Source of the DNA: Chloroflexota bacterium | Lineage (GTDB): Bacteria > Chloroflexota > Anaerolineae > J102 | Length of the DNA stretch: 64,000 bases | Reading direction: 5' to 3' | Assembly: GCA_013151415.1 (NCBI GenBank) | Contig: JAADII010000116.1 | Span: 24,512 to 88,511 of the forward strand | Shown: piece after piece, positions 8,696 through 17,974 of the stretch | How the letters are laid out: each line of letters starts with the position of its first letter | Position numbering within the stretch: position 1 is the stretch's first letter | Translations under genes and position numbers: made by a program | Notes under the pieces: model-generated | Database searches by the model: none | What the model was told of the DNA's origin: nothing | Seen by the model: only the letters and a program-made list of their open reading frames with translations

Positions 8696-10180
8696 CTATT
8701 CGGGTTGGGCCAGCGTAAAGATGAGCGCGCCGCCAGGATAGCGGAGCGTAAGTTCGTCTCCCTCGATGACAAAGTCGGTCACCTGGGCCAGGTTGAGCAA
8801 GTATTGCGTCTCTTGAGCCATGATGATCTCTTCACAGACGCGACGCGATGCGGTGATATCGCTAAAGGCGATAGCTCCGTGCGTTGCGCTGCCGGTGATC
8901 TCGTAAGAGGCGGTGTATTGGTTACAGCCGGTCGAACCGGAGAGCTTCCCGCGCTCGAATTCCGCTGTAATGGGCGCTTGCTCTAAAGCGGCTTCTAGCT
9001 GCCACAAAACGCCTTCTAGCGATGCATTGATCTCGATGGAAAGGCTGACGGCATGGCTGAGACCGTTTTCATCGATGACCGTGAGCATTACCTCGTAGGT
9101 TCCGGGTTCTTCATATGTGGTGGTCACCTTGCTTTCTCTCGGGCCGGATGGCGTTTCGCCATTGCCCAGATCCCAGGCGTAGTTGACGATGGGACTGCTG
9201 CCGGCTTGCGAGCCGGTGGCGTCGAAAGTGACTTTCTCGCCCATAACGGCTTGCGCAGGCCCCTGAATTATGGCTGTGGGCGGCGTTTCTTCTGCCGGTT
9301 CGATGGTGATCTCCACCACGGCCTCGCTTGTCTCCCCAGCGTTATCGGTGACTATCAATGTCACTTGATACGCGCCGGCCTCGGCGTATGTGTGTTCGAC
9401 CACTGCGCCGACGCCTTGGGCGCCATCGCCAAAGTTCCATGCGTAGTTGACAATGGGTCGCCCGCCTGTAGACGCGGAGCCGTCGAATCGAACCGCTTCG
9501 CCGGCTTTGGCCAAAGCCGGCCCTTGGATGACCGCTTTGGGAGGCTCGGCTTGCTCTTCGATGCGCACTTGCACGCTGGTGGAGTCGCTGAGCCCTTTCT
9601 CGTCGGTGACGGTGAGGGTGACGATGTAAGCGCCGGGCAAGTCATAGACATGCGTCACAGTCGCTCCTTGCCCTCCTGCCCCGTCGCCAAAGTCCCAATC
9701 GAAACGAACCAGCGCGGTCGCTCCTGCGGAGGGGCTGCCATCGAATGTCATCGCTTTGCCCACCTCCCCGCGCGTGGCCGCGTCGATAACGGCCTTGGGC
9801 GGCCGGCCCGGCTCAGGGGTGGCCACAGGCGTTGCGGTGGGCGGTGGTGGGGTGGGTTGCTCGCGGCCGCCAACGAAGCCGGAGCCAACAACGAACGCGC
9901 TGACCGCACACAAGCTGGCCACTGCAATGACCAACAAACCAATCAGGATGGTGACAGTGCGCTTTTGCTTGTTGACGTCCTTGGTGTCGGTCTCTATTGG
10001 CGCGGTTTCGCTTTCGCTCTCCGATGCAATGGCTTCGGCTTGGGTCTGCGTTTCGGCCGCGTCCGTTTCCGTTTCGACGCCGCTTTCAGATGTCCTGGCC
10101 GTCTCGTCGGGTTGGGTGATGGCAGGCTGCTCTTCGGCTCCATCATTGGGTTGTATGTCATGATTCTCCATCGGGCGCAC
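8696..10180 (-). CDS. Membrane-anchored surface protein with three PKD domains and a C-terminal META (HslJ-like) domain
   Basis: Acidic disordered N-terminus, one TM helix (VTILIGLLVIAVASLCAVSAFVV), and three PKD-like repeats (VRFDGSASTGG...YAWNFGDG...HTYAEAGAYQVTLIVTD). The C-terminus has a META-like segment WQLEA...LSGSTGCNQYTASYEI...RRVCEE. Confidence 0.7.
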   Translation of the reverse strand: MRPMENHDIQPNDGAEEQPAITQPDETARTSESGVETETDAAETQTQAEAIASESESETAPIETDTKDVNKQKRTVTILIGLLVIAVASLCAVSAFVVGSGFVGGREQPTPPPPTATPVATPEPGRPPKAVIDAATRGEVGKAMTFDGSPSAGATALVRFDWDFGDGAGGQGATVTHVYDLPGAYIVTLTVTDEKGLSDSTSVQVRIEEQAEPPKAVIQGPALAKAGEAVRFDGSASTGGRPIVNYAWNFGDGAQGVGAVVEHTYAEAGAYQVTLIVTDNAGETSEAVVEITIEPAEETPPTAIIQGPAQAVMGEKVTFDATGSQAGSSPIVNYAWDLGNGETPSGPRESKVTTTYEEPGTYEVMLTVIDENGLSHAVSLSIEINASLEGVLWQLEAALEQAPITAEFERGKLSGSTGCNQYTASYEITGSATHGAIAFSDITASRRVCEEIIMAQETQYLLNLAQVTDFVIEGDELTLRYPGGALIFTLAQPE

Positions 10181-10267
10181 TCCTTTGGTGTTGGGGTTGA
10201 TTCGTGATCAAAACTGGATGATCAAAACTCTAAGGGCGGGCGCGGCGAAGATTTCCCGGCTTGTTGA

Positions 10268-10819
10268 TCATCCACTTCGCCTTTTCAATCGTCGCTGCAG
10301 ACGGCGAAGAAGGCGTTCATTCTGAACGGCTGGCCAGGCGTATATCACATAAGTCCGGGCCAATTTGTCGTGGAAACCCTGGCGTCGGTCGTCAATGGCG
10401 ATCCACAGAAAGCCCAGACCCAGGGGCGCGAAGCTGAACGCATAGGCCACGTATCGCCAAACGCTGCGCAAAAAGGAAAGGGGCCGGCCATCGGTCTGAA
10501 CGATGCGCACGCCTACAAGACCCTTGCCAATGCTCTGGCCAGCCAGAGTCCAGCTCACGCCATAATAAAGAACGGGAATGAGCGCCAGGATGATGAGCTT
10601 GGCCCACCGCCCCACATGGCACATCCAGAATCGAACCGCCGCGCCCGAGCCACTGACCGCGCAGTTGTCGGGATCGACGCCCATGCCCTGAAAGAGGAGA
10701 TTGAACATCCAGGCCGACACGCCCACCACAATGGCTATCAGGGCCGTATCGATGAGAAAGGCGATAAGCCGACTCATGCAGCCGGCATATTCGCCCTGAT
10801 ACGTTCGCTCTTCCATCAT
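10268..10819 (-). CDS. RDD family membrane protein
   Basis: RLIAFLIDTALIAIVV near the N-terminus, conserved R..D..D spacing, three TM segments, and ...DRRQGFHDKLARTYVI at the C-terminus. Confidence 0.7.
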   Translation of the reverse strand: MMEERTYQGEYAGCMSRLIAFLIDTALIAIVVGVSAWMFNLLFQGMGVDPDNCAVSGSGAAVRFWMCHVGRWAKLIILALIPVLYYGVSWTLAGQSIGKGLVGVRIVQTDGRPLSFLRSVWRYVAYAFSFAPLGLGFLWIAIDDRRQGFHDKLARTYVIYAWPAVQNERLLRRLQRRLKRRSG

Positions 10820-11778
10820 GGCGCCTCATCGTGGTTCTCGAGCGTCTGCTTCTGACGACGGACGCGGATCGTGTCGGATAGGGCTTTTACTTTGGGGGGC
10901 GAGGGCGGAAGCTCCTCGCGTGGCGGGCGTCGAAGCAGGGCGCGCGCCAGAGTTTCGATAAGAGAGTCGCCGGTGACGGTGCGCTCCCTCACTTCCTCGA
11001 CGAGTTGTCCGGCCATGCTCAGGCTTTGGCCTTGTACGAGCGATTGCACCGCGTCGGGGTTTTCTTGTTGCAGATATTCGATGTAAGTGTCGCCCTGAAC
11101 CTGCACCAGCATGCGAATGGAGGGGTCTTGGGCCAGCGCTTGAACGATTTCCGCGATGGCGTCTTCGGTTATCGCGCGCGTCAGCGCGCGACTGCGCTCC
11201 TCTTCCTGACCGCCCAACTCGATCCAGCGCTCGACCTGCGCCTGGCCGCGGATGGCGGCCTCTTCCACTCGGCGGCGGATGGGCTGGGCCAACCGGCTGT
11301 TGGTCATGGGCGATGTGGCTGAAAGACCCATTTGCGCGGCCGCGTTGGCCAAGCGCCATCCAAGACGAAAGCCCTGTCGCGGGATTTCAGAAGCCTCGAT
11401 CATGAGGCCAACAAGCCCGCGTCGAAATCGGTCTGTCGCTGTATTTTCAGATTTGGGGGCCGCCGGGGCGATGACGGCTTCGCGCGCGGCCGCGTCCGCT
11501 TCTTGCAACAAGCGCAAGAGCAATTCGGCGCCCTCGACGCCCGCGCCAATGAGCAACCGCACCAACGCGCGATAGGCGTCGAAGGTTTCTTCATGCGGCC
11601 CAACAGCCAGGGTCGCATGTTCTGTCGCGACCTCCCCGGCGTCTTCCTGCTCATCTTTGGCTGCGTCCTGTGCCCGGGGTTCCGCGGTTGGCGAGACGCG
11701 GTCTTCCTCCGGCATGGCGGTTTCGGTCGAGAAAGAGGACGATTGGGTGGGATTGGGGAGGCGCGTGGGCTCTGTCAT
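10816..11778 (-). CDS. Hypothetical protein (alpha-helical, acidic N-terminus), translationally coupled to the RDD gene downstream
   Basis: Long ORF in an operon. The N-terminal extent is uncertain: the first 4 codons overlap the adk stop region by 4 nt (11775-11778) as in a coupled operon, and the 3' end overlaps the RDD start by 4 nt. No recognisable domain by eye. Confidence 0.4.
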   Translation of the reverse strand: MTEPTRLPNPTQSSSFSTETAMPEEDRVSPTAEPRAQDAAKDEQEDAGEVATEHATLAVGPHEETFDAYRALVRLLIGAGVEGAELLLRLLQEADAAAREAVIAPAAPKSENTATDRFRRGLVGLMIEASEIPRQGFRLGWRLANAAAQMGLSATSPMTNSRLAQPIRRRVEEAAIRGQAQVERWIELGGQEEERSRALTRAITEDAIAEIVQALAQDPSIRMLVQVQGDTYIEYLQQENPDAVQSLVQGQSLSMAGQLVEEVRERTVTGDSLIETLARALLRRPPREELPPSPPKVKALSDTIRVRRQKQTLENHDEAP

Positions 11779-12458
11779 GTCGCTGTCTCGGAAAGAAGGT
11801 GGCGCTCGGCCAAGGTTTGAATCAGCGCCTGTTGCACTTCGTCGGGAGGACGATTGCCGTTGATTTCGGCCAGGAGTCCCTTGGCGAAGTAGTAGCCCAC
11901 CAGAGGCGAGGTCTGACGATAGTATACATAAAGTCGGTGTTTGATGGTTTCTGGCTTGTCGTCGTCGCGCTGATAAAGTTCACCGCCGTCGATATCGCAC
12001 ACGCCGTCAATTTTGGGCGGTTTGAATTCGACATGGTAAACCGCGCCGCACGAGCGGCAGACGCGACGGCCTGAAAGGCGACGAATCACTTCGCTGTCGT
12101 CGACCAGCAGCAAAGGCGCCAGGCTTACGCCGCCTTCGTCTTGAAGCATCTCGTCTAGCGCGACGGCCTGATGAAGATTGCGAGGGAATCCATCGAAGAT
12201 CGCGCCGTGAGCGCAATCGGAACGGCTGAGGCGCTCTTCCACCATGCGGATGGTGACTTCATCGGGCACGAGCTCGCCCGCATCCATATAGCGTTTGGCC
12301 AGGAGGCCAAGCTCGGTTTTGTTCTTGAGGTTGTAGCGGAAGAGATCACCGGTGGAAATTTGCGGAATGCCCAGTTTATCCTGCAACATTCGCGATTGGG
12401 TGCCCTTGCCCGAACCGGGCGGGCCAAGGAAGATGAGATAGGTCTTGGAGGCGCTCAT
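11775..12458 (-). CDS. adk: Adenylate kinase with zinc-binding LID
   Basis: P-loop GPPGSGKGTQ, the NMP-binding segment, and a LID with CRSCG...CDIDGGEL (Cys4 zinc knuckle). Confidence 0.95.
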   Translation of the reverse strand: MSASKTYLIFLGPPGSGKGTQSRMLQDKLGIPQISTGDLFRYNLKNKTELGLLAKRYMDAGELVPDEVTIRMVEERLSRSDCAHGAIFDGFPRNLHQAVALDEMLQDEGGVSLAPLLLVDDSEVIRRLSGRRVCRSCGAVYHVEFKPPKIDGVCDIDGGELYQRDDDKPETIKHRLYVYYRQTSPLVGYYFAKGLLAEINGNRPPDEVQQALIQTLAERHLLSETAT

Positions 12459-12476
12459 GACTAATGTGGATGTGGT

Positions 12477-13424
12477 TTAGAAATGAGTGAAATAGAGGAT
12501 GGCGACCGAAGAGAGTCCCCAGGCGATGGCAGTGAAGAAAAGATGCTTGTCCTTGAAAAGGAGTTCGTCTGGCGAGCCGCCAAGCTCTTTGACGCGAACA
12601 AGGTAAATATAGCGAAAGAGAAAATAGACCACAAAGGGGATGGTCAGCATCATCAAATCGTTTTTCGGCAAGTTTTCGGCCGAAAAGGTGTAAAGAGAAT
12701 AGGCCACGATGGTGGCTGCGGTCATAATGCCGATGAGTTGATCCAGCAAAGGCACCGTGTATTCGTCGAGGATGGCGCGATGGTTGCCGGCCTCTTTGTC
12801 CAGCGAGGTGATCTCGGCGCGACGCTTTCCCAAGGCGATAACCAAGGCGATGAAGGTGACGCACACATAGAGCCAGGGTGAAAATCGCTCGACCTGAACC
12901 ACGATCGCGCCTGCGAGCACGCGCAAAACAAAACCCATCGCCACGATCATGGCATCGACAATGACAACATGTTTGAGGTAAAATGAATATGCGACGTTGG
13001 TCAAGAAGTAGAGCAGCGTGACCGCGGCCAAAGTCCAATCCAGCGCGAACGCCGCCGATAAGGCCATGAGCAACAGCCCAATCATGGCGGCTATGGCCAC
13101 CCAGGGCGATAACGCGCCCGAGGCCAGAGGTCGATTTCGCTTTGTGGGATGCGCCCGATCTTTTTCAATGTCCACCAGATCGTTGAGCAAATAAACCGAA
13201 CTCGACACCAGGCAAAAGATCACAAAGGCCCCGACGGTGCGCATCAAGGGTTGCGGCTGCATGAACTTGACATCGAACACCAAGGCCGCAAACACAATCA
13301 GGTTTTTGCTCCACTGACGCGGTCGCATAGCCCGCCAAAGCTCGCGCAGAGTGAAGCCGAGGCTAGACTTCGTCTGTACGGCGTCTGTTTGAATCTCTCC
13401 CTGGGATGATGGTGCGGTTGTCAT
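12477..13424 (-). CDS. UbiA-family prenyltransferase (decaprenyl-phosphate phosphoribosyltransferase-like)
   Basis: NDLVDIEKD (NDxxDxxxD) motif followed by KRNRPLASG, with about 8 TM helices. The N-terminal RPRQWSKNLIVFAALVF is typical of the DPPR-synthase subgroup. Confidence 0.7.
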   Translation of the reverse strand: MTTAPSSQGEIQTDAVQTKSSLGFTLRELWRAMRPRQWSKNLIVFAALVFDVKFMQPQPLMRTVGAFVIFCLVSSSVYLLNDLVDIEKDRAHPTKRNRPLASGALSPWVAIAAMIGLLLMALSAAFALDWTLAAVTLLYFLTNVAYSFYLKHVVIVDAMIVAMGFVLRVLAGAIVVQVERFSPWLYVCVTFIALVIALGKRRAEITSLDKEAGNHRAILDEYTVPLLDQLIGIMTAATIVAYSLYTFSAENLPKNDLMMLTIPFVVYFLFRYIYLVRVKELGGSPDELLFKDKHLFFTAIAWGLSSVAILYFTHF

Positions 13425-13578
13425 AAGCGATTGCGCGTCATCAGAGAGATGAAAGCGGTTTGCGCCAACCAGGCGTGCAATGACCCGGCAACCAACCTGG
13501 AGTTTTGGATTGCGGACTTTGGACGCATCATAGCGCCGTATCTTAATCCCGACTCCGCCAAGAGGTCAAGTTATTTCG

Positions 13579-14355
13579 ATGGCAAAAATCCGGCTCGACC
13601 AATTGCTTGTGGCGCGCGGCCTGTGCGAAAGCCGCGAACAAGCGCAACGACTGATCATGAGCGGCAATGTGTTGGTGCATGATCGCCCTCTCACCAAGCC
13701 GGGCTCCCGCGTGAGCGACGATGCTGAGGTGCGGTTGCGCGCCAGGCCCCAATATGTGAGTCGCGGGGGCGAAAAGTTGGCCGCCGCCCTGGATGCATTC
13801 GCCATCGAGCCCAAAGGCTGGGTTTGCGCAGATATTGGCGCTTCCACAGGAGGTTTCACCGATGCGCTTCTTCAGCGCGGCGCGGCGCGAGTGTATGCCA
13901 TCGATGTGGGCTACGGACAATTGCATTGGCGTTTGCGACAAGACCCGCGCGTGGTGGTGATGGAGCGAACCAACGCGCGCCATTTAGTGGCCCTGCCCGA
14001 TCCCATCGATTTGGTGACCATTGACGCGTCCTTTATTTCGCTCAAATTGCTTTTGCCCGCGGCTCGGCGTTTGCTGCGACCGCAAGGCATGATTGTGGCC
14101 CTGATCAAACCTCAGTTCGAGGCCGGACGCGAACAGGTGGGCAAAGGGGGCGTTGTGCGCGATCCGGCTGTTCATCGCCGCGTGCTCAAAGATATGCTCT
14201 CGTGGACGGCCGAGGAAGGGTTTTCGCCTCAAGACCTGATCCCCTCTCCGCTGTTAGGCCCGAAAGGAAACCGCGAGTTTTTGTTGTGGCTGTGGCCAAG
14301 CCAGCCCACTCGGCCTCTTTCGCTGCGCGAACGGCTCGCCCGCTCCATGGGCTAG
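13579..14355 (+). CDS. tlyA: TlyA-family rRNA 2'-O-methyltransferase (S4 domain plus FtsJ-like MTase)
   Basis: N-terminal S4-like [29 protein letters not shown], then the MTase region [32 protein letters not shown]. Confidence 0.85.
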   Translation: MAKIRLDQLLVARGLCESREQAQRLIMSGNVLVHDRPLTKPGSRVSDDAEVRLRARPQYVSRGGEKLAAALDAFAIEPKGWVCADIGASTGGFTDALLQRGAARVYAIDVGYGQLHWRLRQDPRVVVMERTNARHLVALPDPIDLVTIDASFISLKLLLPAARRLLRPQGMIVALIKPQFEAGREQVGKGGVVRDPAVHRRVLKDMLSWTAEEGFSPQDLIPSPLLGPKGNREFLLWLWPSQPTRPLSLRERLARSMG

Positions 14356-14467
14356 ATGGCAAGACCCAAGAAAAGCGAGCATTGGGGCGGCATTTTTCAA
14401 ACCCACGCGCCCTGGTCTGGTCGTCTAACGGCTAGACGCGTTTTATCAAGCGCCAAACACCCCCTTT

Positions 14468-14884
14468 CTATTGCGCTGCGCGGATGCCGTAGTGGGTGCG
14501 CCGGCCGCCGATGACGCGTAAGATGGTGTTTGGATCGCGCCAGGGCAAATATTCATGAATCTCGCGGGGGCTGAGCGGACGATTGCCATTGATCAGAAAT
14601 ACGCGAAAGACGGCCGCAGCAATGGGCAACGATTCATGGATGTATCCGGGGTCGTTTGCGCAACGGGTGCGCAAACACATTTCCAACGCGTCCGCTCGCG
14701 TCACCTCCGCCGTTTCGGGATCGATCCAGTCCACTTCCTGCGAATCCAATGCAGGATCAAACCGTTCTCGACATTCTTCGCACAGTTGTTCGTAAAGATA
14801 AAGACGATAATTGCGGTCGTGGCTCGACCACCACTCCCAGTCGATATGAAAGGGCGTATCAATAGTCGGTCGTTTCCAGGCCAT
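14468..14884 (-). CDS. Hypothetical protein (Cys- and Trp-rich, about 139 aa), downstream partner of the 525-aa hypothetical
   Basis: ORF-track ORF 14468..14977 trimmed to the internal Met (MAWKRPT...) so that it does not overlap the upstream gene's stop at 14896. No recognised domain. Confidence 0.4.
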   Translation of the reverse strand: MAWKRPTIDTPFHIDWEWWSSHDRNYRLYLYEQLCEECRERFDPALDSQEVDWIDPETAEVTRADALEMCLRTRCANDPGYIHESLPIAAAVFRVFLINGNRPLSPREIHEYLPWRDPNTILRVIGGRRTHYGIRAAQ

Positions 14885-14895
14885 ATGTTTTTTCC

Positions 14896-16473
14896 TTAAA
14901 TGCTCCAGTAGCCGCTGCCCGTATCGACAGCGCCGGGAAGTTGGGCCAGGGTCGCGAAAATAGGCCCCGGCGGACATCGGCGCACGACATTGATGGCGCT
15001 ATATAATGTCTTGACATGAACCACGCCCTGAGGGCTCAGTTTGATGAGTTCGGGCGCGATCTGGCGCACCAGCTCTTCAACGCTGACGCCCTTGTCTCTG
15101 AGCATCTGAGCATATTCGGCCATGGCTTCATCATCCGCCACTTGCAAAACGAGGTGATCGTCGAACACAAAGGAGAACTGGTAGCGCAACATTTCAAAGG
15201 TGAGGCGTCCTTCGGTGACATAAGCGGTGCGCACCCATTCTCGCCGCGGGCGGTGCGGCTTGAAGTCCACCACCACTTCGCCCGGCGCTTCACCGCGCTC
15301 CACCGAAATGCGAACGCCCACGGCCAGCTTGTGTTGTTTGTACCACTCGCGCAGCCCGGCCACGTAACGCCCTTCATGAACCACCCAACCGGGAAAACGA
15401 TTGCCCCATCGGCCATCGATAAAGGTCACGGCCGTGGCGAAACCATCGCCTTTGGGGAAAAATGCGCGCAGGTTGGGCGGCAAGGGCAGGGTTCCCGAAA
15501 CCAAATGCGGATAGATGAGATGCACCACGGCCGAGTTCATGGCCGGGGGCGCCTCTTCGGCAAGGCCGCCCTCCGTCCACTCGTCGTTCAGCTCCCATTC
15601 CGCCTGGAGCAATTCCACACTCAAAGCGGCGCGGTCATATTCGACCGGCTCATATTGCAAGATGGGCGGTGTTTCCACAGCTTCGGGCGGCATCATGCGA
15701 CGCAAGAACCAAAGCATCTTTCCCTGCTCGCCCACTTGAGCGAACCGTTCATCTTGATAAAGCGCGGTTTCCAAGGAAAAAATTCGCACCGATTCGGGAA
15801 TGTCGAGGTCGAGTTCCACCGTTTCCAATAACGCGTCTGTGCTCATTGGCGCCGCATTGACATCGATGGCGGCTTCGGCGATGTTGAGGTGGCCAAGATT
15901 CACTTCCACCATTTGGTCGGTGGTCAGCCATAGCGCGCCCGCACTCACGAAAATATCGGGATGTTCGCGCAAATGGGCCTCTAGCCGCGGGAGCAAAGCG
16001 TCTTTCACCTGAGCCAGAATCTCGGGCGGCGTGAGCAGATCTTGCGCATCGAAAATCACTTCGTCGCTTTCGCGATTAAGCGCATGCGGCGCGGCCAGAT
16101 TGGCGGCAAACATGCGCTTTTCGCTCGCGTTTTCAAAGCGCACTGTAATCACATCGAAGGGCCCATATTCAGGATTATCGCCCGCGCGCATGTCTACAAC
16201 TTCGGCCAGACGGAAGTTGAAATGAGGAAAGACCACCCGATCGCCCACCTTATAGGCTTCTTTTGGATCATAAAGCAGGCCGCGCGTCAGCTCTTTGCGG
16301 ATCCGGCTTTCCTCGAGTTCTTGACGGCGCTGAATCAGCGCAATGGCCAGACTTTCGAGACGCTGCGGTTCATCCGCTTCGGCCAATAATTCATATAAGA
16401 ATTCGTGGTCCGAATCATCGATTTCGTATTCTTCCCGCCAGTAAGCGGGGTCTTGAGTTTGTCGTTGGATCAC
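14896..16473 (-). CDS. Hypothetical protein (525 aa), no recognisable domain
   Basis: Long uninterrupted ORF in a GC-normal region with host-like codon usage. Annotated from ORF integrity only. Confidence 0.45.
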   Translation of the reverse strand: MIQRQTQDPAYWREEYEIDDSDHEFLYELLAEADEPQRLESLAIALIQRRQELEESRIRKELTRGLLYDPKEAYKVGDRVVFPHFNFRLAEVVDMRAGDNPEYGPFDVITVRFENASEKRMFAANLAAPHALNRESDEVIFDAQDLLTPPEILAQVKDALLPRLEAHLREHPDIFVSAGALWLTTDQMVEVNLGHLNIAEAAIDVNAAPMSTDALLETVELDLDIPESVRIFSLETALYQDERFAQVGEQGKMLWFLRRMMPPEAVETPPILQYEPVEYDRAALSVELLQAEWELNDEWTEGGLAEEAPPAMNSAVVHLIYPHLVSGTLPLPPNLRAFFPKGDGFATAVTFIDGRWGNRFPGWVVHEGRYVAGLREWYKQHKLAVGVRISVERGEAPGEVVVDFKPHRPRREWVRTAYVTEGRLTFEMLRYQFSFVFDDHLVLQVADDEAMAEYAQMLRDKGVSVEELVRQIAPELIKLSPQGVVHVKTLYSAINVVRRCPPGPIFATLAQLPGAVDTGSGYWSI

Positions 16474-16629
16474 TCCTGTTTACTCCGAATTAGGCGATGA
16501 ACATGGATCAATAGGGCGTTGTCAACAGGTTTGCTTGGCGCTCGTCATATAGACTTGCGCCTGAGCGAATCTTGAGATTTTCATTGTCTGTGAAGTATAA
16601 CGCAAGAACAGGGGTTTTTCCAAAGCCCT

Positions 16630-17943
16630 TTACGGCCCCGGCGTGACATTGGCCCATGAAGGCGGAGGCGGGCATTCTTGCTGAGGCTCTTGCGCAGGGC
16701 GGGGAATGGGCGGGGCCTCGAACAGGCTTTCGATGGCCCGATGCACCTTATCGCCATCAGACGTGACCAGATAAGCCCCGCTGGGCAAGTAAAGCCGCTT
16801 GGTGTATTGCGAGTCAAGCACCAGCGCATGCACGTCTTGCATATTGATGCCGCTGGCCATCTGCGCCAGCCCCACCAGGTCCATCAGGCTTAGATTGGTG
16901 CTAAAATAATCTTTGAAAATGCCCCACAGTTTGGGAATCTGGCTGAGAACTCCCGCACGGACAAATTGCTCGCGCGCGGCGGATAGGAATATCTGCTGAC
17001 GTCGGGCGCGAGAATAATCGGATGAGCCGTAACGATAAGTGACGAACTTCAACGAGGTCTCGCCATCGAGATGATTAGGCCCCGCGGGCAAATGCAAAAT
17101 ATCGCCAATGCCAGCGCCATCAGGCAGGGGCGCGTAATCCCAGAATTCGCAGGGCAGGGTCACATCCACGCCCCCTAATGCGTCGATAATCTCTACAAAG
17201 CCCTGGCGGTGCAATCGCGCGTATTTATCCAGGCGGATGCCAAAATTATAGGCGAACGTTCTTTGCAAAAGGCCAAATCCCCCTCCTTCCGCGCCAAAAT
17301 AATCGCCGATAAAGTCGAGTTGATTGATGCGACGATAACCGACTTCGGGCACATAGGCCCAATAGTCGCGAGGGAAAGAGATGATGCCCACGCGATTGTT
17401 TTCCCTATCCACCACCACCAGGAGCATGGTGTCGGTGCGCCAATCGCCGCGCCCCGGACGCAGATCACTGCCTAACAAGAGGATGTTCTGGGTGTTGGCC
17501 AGCGTCTGGGAAGGGGGGGCGGGGGTGGGAATGCAATCGACATAGGGGGTGCAGCCGGGGGGATTGTCGGTGGCCGCGCCTGCATCGATGGTGTTGGTGA
17601 GGCTTTCGGATGGGGCCGTTTCTTCGGTGGGAATAGACGTGGCCGTGGGGTGGGGCGTGTTGGTGGGGGTGGTCGTGAGCGTTGGGGTGGCGGTGGAGGT
17701 GGCGGTGGACGATATCGCGGGCGTTTTGGTCGATGCAAGCGTGGATGTGGGTGTGGAAGTGGGTGCGGGCGTTGGCGTGGCCGTGGGAGAGGGCCGCTCT
17801 GTGGGCGTGGCCGATGGCGAGCGCGTGGCCGCGCTCGTGGGCGCCGCGGCCGCTGCATCAGGCGTTGGCGTGGCGACCGGCGCCGCGCAGGCCGTAAACC
17901 AGAGCGCAAAAAGAAGAACGACGAATGAGCGGTGGAATTTCAT
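16630..17943 (-). CDS. LCP family (LytR-CpsA-Psr) cell-envelope polymer transferase with a Thr/Pro-rich linker
   Basis: Start trimmed to MKFHRSFVVLLFALWFTACAAP (cat at 17941-17943) to avoid overlap with the upstream paralog. LCP motifs LLLGSDLRPGRGDWRTDTMLLVVVD and GIISFPRDYW. Confidence 0.75.
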   Translation of the reverse strand: MKFHRSFVVLLFALWFTACAAPVATPTPDAAAAAPTSAATRSPSATPTERPSPTATPTPAPTSTPTSTLASTKTPAISSTATSTATPTLTTTPTNTPHPTATSIPTEETAPSESLTNTIDAGAATDNPPGCTPYVDCIPTPAPPSQTLANTQNILLLGSDLRPGRGDWRTDTMLLVVVDRENNRVGIISFPRDYWAYVPEVGYRRINQLDFIGDYFGAEGGGFGLLQRTFAYNFGIRLDKYARLHRQGFVEIIDALGGVDVTLPCEFWDYAPLPDGAGIGDILHLPAGPNHLDGETSLKFVTYRYGSSDYSRARRQQIFLSAAREQFVRAGVLSQIPKLWGIFKDYFSTNLSLMDLVGLAQMASGINMQDVHALVLDSQYTKRLYLPSGAYLVTSDGDKVHRAIESLFEAPPIPRPAQEPQQECPPPPSWANVTPGP

Positions 17944-17974
17944 ATGTAATGCCTTATGATCTCCAAGGATTGAC

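Noticed and set aside
9053-10207. 384-aa plus-strand ORF antisense to the PKD/META gene, and similar long antisense ORFs (30909..31892+, 35838..36785-, 37805..38617-, 43858..45045-, 47546..48493-)
   Set aside because: High-GC genomes give long spurious antisense ORFs. In each case the opposite strand carries a confidently identified conserved gene (hemC, nuoCD, nuoEF, nuoL, nuoN).
17472-17959. Pro/Arg-rich and Gly-rich ORFs (17472..17909-, 17549..17959+, 17650..17928+) overlapping the LCP gene
   Set aside because: These are low-complexity translations of the Thr/Pro-rich linker codons (ACC/CCG repeats) in other frames or on the other strand, with no independent coding support.
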